Below, in pieces: positions 1 through 8,554 of a DNA stretch of 34,743 bases; the stretch's first letter is position 1, and every line of letters starts with the position of its first letter. This DNA is from an uncultured Nitrosomonas sp. (lineage in GTDB: Bacteria > Pseudomonadota > Gammaproteobacteria > Burkholderiales > Nitrosomonadaceae): assembly GCA_964509635.1 (NCBI GenBank), contig CAZDYN010000001.1, forward strand, positions 1-34,743. Direction: 5' to 3'. A program made the translations under genes and the position numbers. The notes below the pieces were generated by a model. That model saw nothing but the letters and a program-made list of their open reading frames with translations, did no database searches and was not told the DNA's origin.

Positions 1-185
1 CTCAGTTCTTGTTCGACGGATAACTTAGCCATCCCGAACAGGTGCCGGATCTGGTGCCTGAGCCGGTCGGGATCACCGACAGCACCAGAATCCAGCTCCA
101 GTTCCAGGTTCACGCTCGCTCCGAGCGAACCGTAATCAGGCAAGCCGATCTTTTTCGACAGCCCGACATTGAGCTTCAAGGGCAT
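1..185 (-). CDS. Conserved hypothetical protein, 5' part only (runs off window)
   Basis: Not in the ORF track. Manual translation from ATG at 185 gives MPLKLNVGLSKKIGLPDYGSLGASVNLELELDSG..., with an AGAGGA RBS upstream and an open frame to base 1. Confidence 0.8.
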   Translation of the reverse strand, partial: MPLKLNVGLSKKIGLPDYGSLGASVNLELELDSGAVGDPDRLRHQIRHLFGMAKLSVEQEL

Positions 186-241
186 TTTGTGTTGTCCTCT
201 CTTTGTTGATGGATGTGGTAACGGACAGCGGCTGGCCGTCG

Positions 242-433
242 CTATTCCGAGACCGGAAGCGAACGCAGCTTTGCGGACAACCGCTCGATTTCGTCGGCAT
301 TGAGCGGTTCGATGCCGGTCATCCCAACTTCTTTCAGATAGGGACGCGCCGAACGATTGCCGCTTTGGGTGATCTCGTCTCTCCAGAAGGTCAAGGCGGC
401 CAGTGTGGTGGCCAATTCTCGCAGTGTGATCAT
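242..433 (-). CDS. Small hypothetical protein (about 63 aa)
   Basis: ORF MITLRELATTLAALTFWRDEI...; GGAG lies 8 nt before ATG 433 (alternative GTG 442); co-oriented with backbone. Confidence 0.65.
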   Translation of the reverse strand: MITLRELATTLAALTFWRDEITQSGNRSARPYLKEVGMTGIEPLNADEIERLSAKLRSLPVSE

Positions 434-495
434 GGGATGCACTCCGATACGACGGATTGGTGGATTGCAGGCACACCGGGTTTCAATTCACCTGG

Positions 496-1932
496 TCAGC
501 TTTCGATGGCCTGCACCGCCCGCAGCGATTTCAGGGCAGCCCGCATCAGGTTTGACTGCTGCCGCTGGCGTTTCAGTCCCACGACCAACGCATTGGTCTT
601 GGTCAGCACGTCACGCAGGGTTACCCGGAGCGACTCGCCGTCTTCGATCAGTGCCGTCAGGGTCTTCGTATCCGTCCGACCGCTCTCGGTCGGCGTTGAA
701 CTGGTCCGTTCAAATTGTGAAGTGGTCATTGAGATACGGTTCCTTGTGGGGGGGATGGATGCGGACGGAACGGTTTGGGGTGGGAGTGCTTGGGAACGTG
801 TCTGTTGAGTTGTCCGGCCCACTGTGGGCGATTCGATCCGGATCGCGGTGGCATCCGGCTTCAGCACCGCATCCTTCCCGAGCAATGCCCAGACATAAGC
901 TCGACGGTCAGTTCGACAGAACGCGGGAGCATCAACGTCGCGGAAGTGGATCTCACGGAATCCAAGCCGGATCGCTCGTTTGAGAAAGTCACGGTTGGAG
1001 CTGACCTTCAGTTCTTCCCCACGCCGCCGCGAATTCCGAAGGACCAGGTCGGTTGGCGACTGCTGCTCAGCCGACTTGGCCCTGACTACGATGGCACCGT
1101 TGAGGTCGAGCGTGACCGGCGCATTCGCGTCTTCGGAACCAGGCAGCCTATTGGCTGCACGCACCAGGAAGTCGGCATCATCCTCCGCGAGTACCATCGT
1201 CGTTGCTGCGGCACCGACTTCCGGCACCTGAGCGTCAATTGCCGGAAATCGTCGGTCCTTTTCGATTTTGAGCGCGATCGTCCAATCATCAGCTCGCACT
1301 AACATCCAATCCGTCGACCGACCGATGGTTACCTCACGCGACTCCCGAATCGACTTTGCTCCGAAGACCGCTGACGCTGGAATCAGGACTTCCTCCGTCC
1401 ACGGAAACTGAAAACCGCTTTGAATCAGCGCCTGCTGCCCATCGGTTGCCGCGATCTGTCCGTCAGAACCCCGCAGTCGAACACAGTTCAGGGCGTAGCG
1501 CGTCGAGTCGCTTTCCGTCGTATCACAGGCGTCTGCCATCGCGTACAGGAATTGCCGGTCAATCGCCGCAAAGGTGGCCGGCAATTCTGGCATTAAGATC
1601 GGTTCAGAGGTCGCGAACTGAGCCGACTGCGGGATATTGGAGTCGAACCAACGCAACGTGATGAGATCAGCGGTCTGCTCGAACCGGACGATGTCGTCCT
1701 GCCGTCCTTCACACGCGGCGAGCGCTTCGATGGGAATCGCAAAGCACGCTGGTTGGTAATTGCCGGGGACCCGACATTCGATGGCCACGTTTCCATTCGA
1801 GGCTCGGATTGTCAAAGCATCTGGCGTGGACTGGAATGTCACGCATGGAGTTCGTCGCAATGACGTTCGCCCCAATGCCTGACGAAGTGTTGAACGAACA
1901 CTTTGAATTTGTTTGCGAGAAAGCTCAATCAC
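496..1932 (-). CDS. Divergent DNA polymerase III beta-clamp (DnaN)-like protein with C-terminal low-complexity linker and coiled-coil tail
   Basis: Motifs RYALNCVRL, IAATDGQQA, RFPAIDAQVP and GEELKVSSNRDFL parallel DnaN RYYLNG, VATDGHRLA, RFPDYRRVLP and EIGFNxxY. GTG start at 1932 with GGAGG RBS. Confidence 0.65.
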   Translation of the reverse strand: MIELSRKQIQSVRSTLRQALGRTSLRRTPCVTFQSTPDALTIRASNGNVAIECRVPGNYQPACFAIPIEALAACEGRQDDIVRFEQTADLITLRWFDSNIPQSAQFATSEPILMPELPATFAAIDRQFLYAMADACDTTESDSTRYALNCVRLRGSDGQIAATDGQQALIQSGFQFPWTEEVLIPASAVFGAKSIRESREVTIGRSTDWMLVRADDWTIALKIEKDRRFPAIDAQVPEVGAAATTMVLAEDDADFLVRAANRLPGSEDANAPVTLDLNGAIVVRAKSAEQQSPTDLVLRNSRRRGEELKVSSNRDFLKRAIRLGFREIHFRDVDAPAFCRTDRRAYVWALLGKDAVLKPDATAIRIESPTVGRTTQQTRSQALPPQTVPSASIPPTRNRISMTTSQFERTSSTPTESGRTDTKTLTALIEDGESLRVTLRDVLTKTNALVVGLKRQRQQSNLMRAALKSLRAVQAIES

Positions 1933-2173
1933 AGCACCTCCCTTTGGGCTTCTTGGTGTGACGGGTCTTTTGAGGATGTTGGCTGGGGGCATCGCCCCGC
2001 ATCACTTGCACGAATTGGTCCATCGCCCAAGCCAGGCCGACCCACGCAATGAGCGCGGGCCAGCCCAGCAGGAAGAACGCGACGAAACAGATGACGCCCC
2101 AGAACGCGACGTACCGGTGGCTGGCTGACTCCATTTGGTCGAGCCGTTGACGGTGATCATCGTGGTCGTTCAC
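1925..2173 (-). CDS. Small membrane protein
   Basis: Hydrophobic stretch YVAFWGVICFVAFFLLGWPALIAWVGLAWAM; GTG 2173 lies 1 nt after the upstream stop, with a GAGGT RBS. Confidence 0.55.
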   Translation of the reverse strand: MNDHDDHRQRLDQMESASHRYVAFWGVICFVAFFLLGWPALIAWVGLAWAMDQFVQVMRGDAPSQHPQKTRHTKKPKGRCCD

Positions 2174-2174
2174 T

Positions 2175-2411
2175 TCAGGCGACCTCGGCAAGCGAGGTCA
2201 CGGTCGGGAACATGCGACCGAATTCATGGGACAACTCCTGTTCGTCCCAGTCGATGACATACGGGGCGCGTTGATCCGCGTCGGGATCGAAGTTGTCGTC
2301 ACGAAGATCGATGAGCGAGAAGCCACGGCGGCGGATGACTTGTAAGTCTTCACCTGTGGCGTTGGCGACGGCATGGTCGAGATCGTGTTGGTTTCGGTTT
2401 CGTCGGGACAT
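2175..2411 (-). CDS. Small conserved hypothetical protein (78 aa)
   Basis: MSRRNRNQHDLDHAVANATGEDLQVIRRRGFSL...VIDWDE; ATG 2411 with GGAG upstream. Confidence 0.65.
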   Translation of the reverse strand: MSRRNRNQHDLDHAVANATGEDLQVIRRRGFSLIDLRDDNFDPDADQRAPYVIDWDEQELSHEFGRMFPTVTSLAEVA

Positions 2412-2432
2412 GTCATTCTCCGTAGTAGAGGG

Positions 2433-2460
2433 AAAACGACCGCCCGGCGTGGGCGGTCGT
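2433..2460 (-). terminator. GC-rich hairpin, possible weak terminator/attenuator
   Basis: Perfect 10-bp stem ACGACCGCCC/GGGCGGTCGT (2436-2445/2451-2460) followed by a short T run on the minus strand. Confidence 0.5.
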
Positions 2461-2512
2461 GGAATACACAACCGCCCCGCACATGCGAGGCGACAATTCA
2501 AAGCAGCGGTGA

Positions 2513-2758
2513 TCACCCAGCTGGGATCAACCAGTGGTCCCGCAGCCAATTCACTTCGGCAGTCAGGGCATCGGTCCGAGTCACGAACGGCCCCAACATC
2601 GGACCGTTGACCGGTGAGAGATCGGCAGTCCATTGCCCGTTGGGGGTCGGCTCAACGTGTGAGCCTCGGCGGATCGACACTTGGCCGATGGAACTCAGGT
2701 CGATCGATTCGTCATAAACACAACGAATGCCGCCGGTGGAATTGATGAGCAGGTCCAT
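2513..2758 (-). CDS. Conserved hypothetical protein (81 aa)
   Basis: MDLLINSTGGIRCVYDESIDL...RRGSHVEP...WTADLSPVNGP; TGATG stop/start overlap with the upstream gene. Confidence 0.75.
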   Translation of the reverse strand: MDLLINSTGGIRCVYDESIDLSSIGQVSIRRGSHVEPTPNGQWTADLSPVNGPMLGPFVTRTDALTAEVNWLRDHWLIPAG

Positions 2759-3720
2759 CAACCCTCCTGGTGCGGGCGACGCAAGATGTTGCGGCGCGGA
2801 CGATCTACCATCAATCCATCGAGCGACGATTGCACACCAGAAAGTTGATTCGCCAATCGTTGACGCACCATCGAGTTGTCACGCAGTTGCTGTGGTTCGA
2901 CACCATTCATAACACGCTGGGCACGCTGCACGAGTTCGTCCAGCTCGCCACTGGAGTGAACATTCAACGAACGAAATCGCTCGAAGAATTCGGTCAGATT
3001 CGTCACAGCCTTGTCGCGGAAAACTTTGGGTTTGCCATCTGCATCGCCGTTCAACCGTTCGCCGAGATGCTCGACGAGCTTCGACAGTTCATCCAGAAAT
3101 GCCTGTTCCGCCAGTTGCACGGCTTCATCGAAACGGGCCTGTACCCGGCGGCATTCCTGTTCGTACAACTGCGGATTGAGCTGCCGGAGATAGTCCGGCG
3201 GTTCGACTGACGAGTATTCGTGCTCGATGCCGAACAGACCAATCAGCGTCGTCGGGTAGTCTGATGGGTCATATAAATCCCCCAACCGTCGCCGCGCTGC
3301 GGATCGAAGTTCGTCGTAATGACGATCGAGTGTGATAACTGATTCGGTCAGCTCGTCGCGGAACTCGGAAACCTGCCGGTCAAAGTCGCCGATCGCACGC
3401 TGGGAAATTAGCCGGATGCCGGGTTCCGGATACGGCAACGACACGGCCCGCCAATAGCTTTGACAGCGACCCTTGATGGCTGTGACTGCTTTGAATGCCG
3501 GGTGAGATGTGTCGAGCAGCTTCTTGCCTGCCGACAAGAATTTCCCTTCGGCCCCAAATGAATCGGCAGCCTGGTTCTTCTGTTCGACCGTCAGGGTCTT
3601 ACGCGTGCCCAGCCACGTGAAACTCAGTTTGACTGCTGCCATCGTGCCGCGCAGCCGGTCGGCAGGAGTTGAAGTGTCGGGCGAACCGGTTGCCGGTTCG
3701 TCGAGGAGTGAAGTCGCCAT
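2758..3720 (-). CDS. Helical element-backbone protein, DUF3150-like
   Basis: 320-aa ORF from ATG 3720 with AAGGA RBS; KKLLD, LPYPEPGIRLI and YDPSDYP motifs. The family assignment is tentative. Confidence 0.6.
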   Translation of the reverse strand: MATSLLDEPATGSPDTSTPADRLRGTMAAVKLSFTWLGTRKTLTVEQKNQAADSFGAEGKFLSAGKKLLDTSHPAFKAVTAIKGRCQSYWRAVSLPYPEPGIRLISQRAIGDFDRQVSEFRDELTESVITLDRHYDELRSAARRRLGDLYDPSDYPTTLIGLFGIEHEYSSVEPPDYLRQLNPQLYEQECRRVQARFDEAVQLAEQAFLDELSKLVEHLGERLNGDADGKPKVFRDKAVTNLTEFFERFRSLNVHSSGELDELVQRAQRVMNGVEPQQLRDNSMVRQRLANQLSGVQSSLDGLMVDRPRRNILRRPHQEG

Positions 3721-3751
3721 GTCGTTCCTTTTTTCAGGAGTGATCGGGTGT

Positions 3752-3796
3752 AAAAACAAAAACGCCGTTCGATCCCAAACATGGAATCGAACGGCG
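3752..3796 (-). terminator. Rho-independent terminator after the 3830-4837 gene
   Basis: 11-bp stem CGCCGTTCGAT/ATCGAACGGCG (3763-3773/3786-3796) followed on the minus strand by TTTTTGTTTTT. Confidence 0.75.
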
Positions 3797-3829
3797 ATGA
3801 TTCAGTCGCAACGACGCTGAATTCAGAAG

Positions 3830-4837
3830 TCAGGGGTGAATCGTGGGAAGAGGGAATGTGGTCCCCTTGTACCGCTCCTGCAAAACTGCCTGCATGACCT
3901 CAATCTCGCGATGCTGCTCTTGCCTCTGTTCTTCGACTCGCAGCCCTTTTTTGAGCCATTCGCGAACCGGGCCAGGCGGCATCTTTGCCAGAACATCCGG
4001 ATTGGCTTGAATTGAGCCGACAAAAAGCTCTGTCAACGCCATCCGTTGATCGACCGTATCCGTGGGAGTTGCGAGCTTTTCGTTCTTCATCAACTCATCC
4101 AACTGATGTTTAAGTTGAAGAACTTCGTCCTCGATCGTCAGATGGCGAGTTACCATCTGCACCAAGTCCACATCCACATTAACCGTCGATGCTTGTTTCG
4201 CGGCTTCAGTCAGTTGCCGCAATTGTTGAAACATTCGTTCGTAGTATTTCTCGGCAGGTTCCTGACCTGATGGGGTTTGAAATCGAACCGCGTGCAAGTT
4301 GGTAACGGCGATGTTCCAGTAGCGAAGGGTGGCTTCCTGCTGCTGCGCGCGCTTTTTGGACACCTCGGGACTCGCCCAAATGATTCGCTTGTCTTTGTCG
4401 GCCCCTCCGTGGACCGGTGGCACCTGCTGTTGTCGCTGAGGTCTCCAACCAGAAAGTGCCAAGATCGCAAAGACGACGGGCAATGAAACACTCCCAATCA
4501 GACATCCTCTGAGCTCATGCAGAATCCCCGGCGACTCTGGTTGCGCTGGAGGGGATGGTCGGAAACGCTGCTCGATTTTGTTGGCTACCCACCAGAAAGA
4601 CAGGAAAGCGGCAAGACCGAACATGAGGAAGAGACAAATCGCGAAAGTCTCTCCCAAGACATTGACGTCACCCTTCCAACAGAGCACGACAGCCCTGCCG
4701 ATCAGCAGTACGACGATGATCAACACTCCCCCCGACAGAAGTGTGGCAGACCCAAGCCAAGGGCGTCCCGGTCGGGGAATGGCTTGAGGCGCAACCGCAG
4801 GTTCTGGGTTGGATTGTGACACAGGTTCTGAAGTCAT
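3830..4837 (-). CDS. Membrane protein: three N-terminal TM segments plus a soluble helical domain
   Basis: 335-aa ORF with hydrophobic runs LLSGGVLIIVVLLIGRAVVL, FAICLFLMFGLAAFLSFWWV and LIGSVSLPVVFAILALSGW. Confidence 0.7.
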   Translation of the reverse strand: MTSEPVSQSNPEPAVAPQAIPRPGRPWLGSATLLSGGVLIIVVLLIGRAVVLCWKGDVNVLGETFAICLFLMFGLAAFLSFWWVANKIEQRFRPSPPAQPESPGILHELRGCLIGSVSLPVVFAILALSGWRPQRQQQVPPVHGGADKDKRIIWASPEVSKKRAQQQEATLRYWNIAVTNLHAVRFQTPSGQEPAEKYYERMFQQLRQLTEAAKQASTVNVDVDLVQMVTRHLTIEDEVLQLKHQLDELMKNEKLATPTDTVDQRMALTELFVGSIQANPDVLAKMPPGPVREWLKKGLRVEEQRQEQHREIEVMQAVLQERYKGTTFPLPTIHP

Positions 4838-5019
4838 TGTGAAAAGTCTCCGAAGAGTTTGTTTTAGAGGGCTGGTGGCCTAACACCAGCCTGTTGGCGC
4901 GGTACGCCTTCAATCGCTCTGTCGGGGAGACACAATCGTGTGAGACTTTGGCCCCCCCTGTGCTCAAAATCAGACAGTGGTTCAACACGCCAGACGATAC
5001 TTATCGTCGCCAGGCGCAA

Positions 5020-5060
5020 ATGCTACTCATAGTCCGTGGAGTGCTACTCATTGTCAACAT
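5020..5060 (+). promoter_or_regulatory. C-box-like operator upstream of the controller-like gene
   Basis: ATGC-TACT-CAT-AGTC-CGTG-GAGT-GCT-ACTC-ATTGTCAACAT matches the recalled GACT-NNN-AGTC-CGTG layout of C.AhdI/C.Esp1396I-type operators. It also contains the direct repeat TGCTACTCATWGTC at 5021 and 5042. Confidence 0.7.
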
Positions 5061-5072
5061 TCAATGGCTCGT

Positions 5073-5294
5073 ATGGGAAAACGAGCCGACATTCTTGAAA
5101 GATTTGGACTTCGCGTTCGCACGCTGCGGAAAGAGCAAGGCTATTCACAGGAGAGTTTCGCGGCAGCTTGCCAGCTCGATCGGACTTACATGGGTGGGAT
5201 CGAGCGGGGCGAACGAAACCTGGCCCTGCGGAACATTGAAGCGATTGCCGATACACTCGGAATCACCCTTTCCGAGTTAATGGAAGGGTTGTGA
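5073..5294 (+). CDS. XRE-family HTH regulator, R-M controller (C) protein-like
   Basis: [52 protein letters not shown] is the C-protein HTH pattern. Start is ATG 5073 or 5064. Confidence 0.85.
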   Translation: MGKRADILERFGLRVRTLRKEQGYSQESFAAACQLDRTYMGGIERGERNLALRNIEAIADTLGITLSELMEGL

Positions 5295-5343
5295 GGCCAA
5301 AGCGCCGTGAATCTGGTGCTGCCCGATGGATCGCAGATGCGGC

Positions 5344-6825
5344 TCAGTTCATGGACGAATCCCGGCTGACTTTGCGCCGTGTTCCCGTTTTCGCCCCAGA
5401 CAACTGATAAATGCCGGGTTGTTGCGCCGATAGACAGCGTCCGCTGGCCCAGGTCCGCAGCCGATCGACGCTCTCGGAGGCCGTGACGGCCACGGGAACG
5501 ACGTTCTGAGCGGATTGAATCAGCGGGACATCGAGCAACGCCGACAATCGGCAGCAGGCTTTGATCTCAGCCCCGGTCCAATCCGTGTCATCCGGCATCC
5601 GTTGCTTCTGGTCGATTTCAAACTGGTCCAGGTAAATGTTCCAGATCGCGTTTTTCTCCTCACGAGTTGGCAGGTCGAGGAAGAAGATCCCGTCGAAGCG
5701 TTCCGAACGTCCGAATTCTGGTGGCAGTTTCGACACGTCGTTGGCAGTACAAACCACGAACACATCCGACGTGTGGTCGTTCAGCCAACTGAGGAACGTG
5801 CCAAACATCCGCGACGTCACGCCCGAGTCACCGCTGCTATTCACTCCGGCGAATGCCTTTTCCACTTCGTCGATCATGGCGACGCACGGGGCCATCGCGT
5901 CGATGACTCGTAGGGCCTGACGTGTCCGCTCCTCGCTTTGCCCGACAAGCGAGCCCATGAGGCTCCCCACGTCGAGCATTAACACCGGGCGGCCGACTTC
6001 CTGGCCCAAGCTCTTGCAGAACTGAGACTTCCCGCAACCGGGAGGCGAAAGCAGCAATACTCCACGAGGTCGCCTCAGCAGATTGCCACGACTGGGATGC
6101 AACAAAGCCCGCTTACAAAAACTCTTGAGCGACGCGAGGCCGCCCAGGCGGCTGAAATTGTCCTGACCGCGATGCAGTTCCAACATTCCGGATTTTTTTA
6201 GCATTCCGGACTTCAGTTCCCAGACTGCGTCGCTGGTAATCCGCCCGTGCCGCACCAGCGACAGGCTGAAGGCATTCTCGGCTTCCATCCGGGTTAGTCC
6301 GGCTGCGGCGTCCAGCACGACATCCAATTCTGATCCAGTCGGAAGTTCGGTTGCTTCGGTGGCGATTCCCCGCGCGATCTCGGCCAACTGCTCCCGATCG
6401 GGCAGTTCATGTTCAATCACCACGAATAGCTTTTCCAGTTCGAGTGGCAACTGCACGACCGGCGATAGGATGACTACGATCGTCCGGTTTTGTTTGCCGG
6501 TGATGACCTGCTGCGACAATGCCTGCACGATTTCGACCGACGACAGGAACCGATGGAAGTTCTGAAGTACCAGGATCGCTGTCCCGTCTTGCGTCGCCAG
6601 TGAGTTGACGGATCGGATCGCAGCCAGCGGATCACCGCCGTTATTATCCACCGCCGCGCCCGACACCCGCAGTCCTTGCTCAATATTCCACGTTGCAAGC
6701 CGCCAGTCTTCGCGCTGGCACAACTGCGAAATCGCCAAGAGCGCATCCTGCTGTTCGTGGCTTTCAATCCAAATGCCAGTGAAGCACGCGCGCACGTACT
6801 CCGCCAAGTGCTCAATGAGCGCCAT
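5344..6825 (-). CDS. Ycf46-like AAA+ ATPase
   Basis: Walker A SPPGCGKS, Walker B MIDEVEK, SRH TANDVSKLPPEFGRSERFD and a degenerate N-terminal AAA domain; ATG 6825 with AAGGA RBS. Confidence 0.9.
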   Translation of the reverse strand: MALIEHLAEYVRACFTGIWIESHEQQDALLAISQLCQREDWRLATWNIEQGLRVSGAAVDNNGGDPLAAIRSVNSLATQDGTAILVLQNFHRFLSSVEIVQALSQQVITGKQNRTIVVILSPVVQLPLELEKLFVVIEHELPDREQLAEIARGIATEATELPTGSELDVVLDAAAGLTRMEAENAFSLSLVRHGRITSDAVWELKSGMLKKSGMLELHRGQDNFSRLGGLASLKSFCKRALLHPSRGNLLRRPRGVLLLSPPGCGKSQFCKSLGQEVGRPVLMLDVGSLMGSLVGQSEERTRQALRVIDAMAPCVAMIDEVEKAFAGVNSSGDSGVTSRMFGTFLSWLNDHTSDVFVVCTANDVSKLPPEFGRSERFDGIFFLDLPTREEKNAIWNIYLDQFEIDQKQRMPDDTDWTGAEIKACCRLSALLDVPLIQSAQNVVPVAVTASESVDRLRTWASGRCLSAQQPGIYQLSGAKTGTRRKVSRDSSMN

Positions 6826-6909
6826 GGGATATTCCTTTGATCGATGTATTGAAGGGGAAGTCAGAAGAGGTTGACGATAGGTCGCCCAGTCCAATGCGAA
6901 CCGGACTGA

Positions 6910-7134
6910 TTACGTGTTTTCCATGCGGGCGATTTCCCGTTCGAGACGGGAGATTTTTTGCTGCTGCTTTTCGACAGCATGAAAGGCTCGTCGGAGCCGT
7001 GACATCCAGCGTGACAGATTCTGTTGCTCAGCCTGTAGCCGAGTTCGGCGGGCGGCAATCTTCCGTTGACGCAATGTGGCGTCGGTCGTCGCCTGGGGCG
7101 GGCGAATCACGCGGCGGCGAGGCGTCGTGGTCAT
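6910..7134 (-). CDS. Small basic coiled-coil hypothetical protein
   Basis: 74 aa, Arg-rich; ATGA overlap with the upstream DUF2997 gene. Confidence 0.7.
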   Translation of the reverse strand: MTTTPRRRVIRPPQATTDATLRQRKIAARRTRLQAEQQNLSRWMSRLRRAFHAVEKQQQKISRLEREIARMENT

Positions 7135-7325
7135 TGGCCCTCCTTCATGTGCTGCTGCGAGGTCGAAGTCTGGTAGAACTCCGCCTTGAGCAGTTCGTCG
7201 GTTTGTTGTCCGAGCGCCCGCTCGATGAACTGGCTGGCCTGTCGGCAGTCACTGCCGACGAAGCCCTTCGTCTCGACACGAGTCTGGCCATTCGGTGCCA
7301 CGATGATTTCGATGGTCTTACTCAA
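7131..7325 (-). CDS. DUF2997 family protein
   Basis: IEIIVAPNGQTRVETKGFVGSDCRQASQFIERALG...KAEFY pattern; TTG start overlaps the upstream stop. Confidence 0.8.
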   Translation of the reverse strand: MSKTIEIIVAPNGQTRVETKGFVGSDCRQASQFIERALGQQTDELLKAEFYQTSTSQQHMKEGQ

Positions 7326-7690
7326 TTGGTACCTCCAACTTGAATGGTGAGTTTGATCGATCCGTCAGCGAGCGTTTGCTCCGTGGCGGTATGCCCCTTC
7401 CGCCTGGCCTCAATCCGGGCCTTTTCCACGGCATAACCTTGAAGGAATTGGTCGAGATGCTTCTGATCGCCCCACCGCCCGCCGTAGTTGTCAAAGGCAA
7501 TCTTCGCGGTGGCGACATCGCAGACGACCGGATACCGCCATTCGGGCAACCGAACCGCCCAACCCACGGCGGAGTTACTGAAGAGCTTCGTTTCGCCGAA
7601 GACCGGCTCCGGCAACAACAATCGACCACAAGCCGCTCGAATGGCGGCCGGGTCACGAATCTCCGTCTGAATCTGAACGACATGGGACAT
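7322..7690 (-). CDS. DUF1257 (Ycf35-like) family protein
   Basis: MSHVVQIQTEIRD N-terminus, FDNYGGRWG, QGYAVEKA and ADGSIKLTI C-terminus; adjacent to DUF2997 and the Ycf46-like AAA gene. Confidence 0.8.
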   Translation of the reverse strand: MSHVVQIQTEIRDPAAIRAACGRLLLPEPVFGETKLFSNSAVGWAVRLPEWRYPVVCDVATAKIAFDNYGGRWGDQKHLDQFLQGYAVEKARIEARRKGHTATEQTLADGSIKLTIQVGGTN

Positions 7691-8030
7691 GATGGTTCTC
7701 CTACTTCCTGGAAACTGATTGGGAATCGCTGGGACTGGTATCTGACTTCGTTCTTGATCAGGAGCGACATCAAAGCCCCACGACGACCAACTGGGATCTG
7801 GATGTCATGAAGCCTTGTTGCGTTCGAGTGGGGCTCTTCCGAGCTATGCCGACGGCACCACGTTATATGACTCGTTTTGTCCGTTTTTTTAGGGTAATCC
7901 GTTACTCTGACAAATCGAGGATCTGGTTCACCCCGTCGGCACCTCGGCACTGTCCGACGCACACGCAATTCGCATCGCAGACTTGAAGTTGGAAGCACTT
8001 TCAACCGAGTCACAAGCGCGAGCCGACATC

Positions 8031-8510
8031 ATGAATCTGGAAAAGCAAGAACGTATTCGGCAGACACTTCGCAGCCTGGCCGAAGCCCAAGCCACCACGA
8101 TCAAACTCATGGAACAGGCGTTGGAGTTGATGAGCGAAGACTTGACCCTCGATCCAGTCACGTTCTGGAAATCGAGAAACTCACCTAACTCATTTCGTCT
8201 TCCATCCAAATCTGCACTGATTGATCCAGAAACACTCACGATCACTTTTCATGGTCGATCATGCTTTCTCGGCAAGACTCTGCCATTTCGCCTGTTTCAT
8301 CGACTGGCGTGCCGTCCGAATGCCTACGTCAGTTACGAAGACTTGCTCACCGATGTATGGGACGGAGAGCGAACTGACGAAGCGATTCGCAGTGTGGTGA
8401 AGACGCTTCGTGGCAAACTCCGTCAGGCGGGGATGAAGCAGCTTGCAGATGCCATCGATGGTTCGGTTCCTGGGCATTACGCCTTGAAGCTGCGTGACAC
8501 AGACGTGTGA
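8031..8510 (+). CDS. OmpR/PhoB-type winged-helix DNA-binding protein without a receiver domain
   Basis: FRLFHRLACRPNAYVSYEDLLTDVWD...IRSVVKTLRGKL...GHYAL fits the Trans_reg_C pattern; ATG 8031. Confidence 0.8.
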   Translation: MNLEKQERIRQTLRSLAEAQATTIKLMEQALELMSEDLTLDPVTFWKSRNSPNSFRLPSKSALIDPETLTITFHGRSCFLGKTLPFRLFHRLACRPNAYVSYEDLLTDVWDGERTDEAIRSVVKTLRGKLRQAGMKQLADAIDGSVPGHYALKLRDTDV

Positions 8511-8554
8511 GTTCACACGCTGGTCACACAGCCGTCCCCCGCGCCGTCACACAG
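8504..8554 (+). promoter_or_regulatory. Phased GTCACAC direct repeats plus a palindrome upstream of the recombinase
   Basis: TTCACAC 8512, GTCACAC 8523, GTCCCCC 8534 and GTCACAC 8546 (periods 11, 11, 12); palindrome CGTGTGA-GT-TCACACG at 8504-8519. Confidence 0.55.

Noticed and set aside
203..1661. Plus-strand ORFs of 100-200 aa (203-808, 357-983, 775-1302, 1356-1661) and similar antisense ORFs across the window
   Set aside because: They are shadows of well-supported opposite-strand genes in GC-rich DNA, with no motifs or RBS.
496..1932. Housekeeping dnaN / oriC region
   Set aside because: No dnaA, recF or gyrB nearby, the sequence is highly divergent and it has an extra tail.
4861..4891. 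GTTTTAGAG followed by a hairpin, reminiscent of a type II CRISPR repeat start
   Set aside because: Single occurrence, with no repeat-spacer periodicity and no cas genes.
7318..8013. 231-aa minus-strand ORF spanning the DUF1257 gene and the divergent promoter region
   Set aside because: It overlaps DUF1257 out of frame and has an Arg/Pro/Ser-rich, non-protein-like composition.
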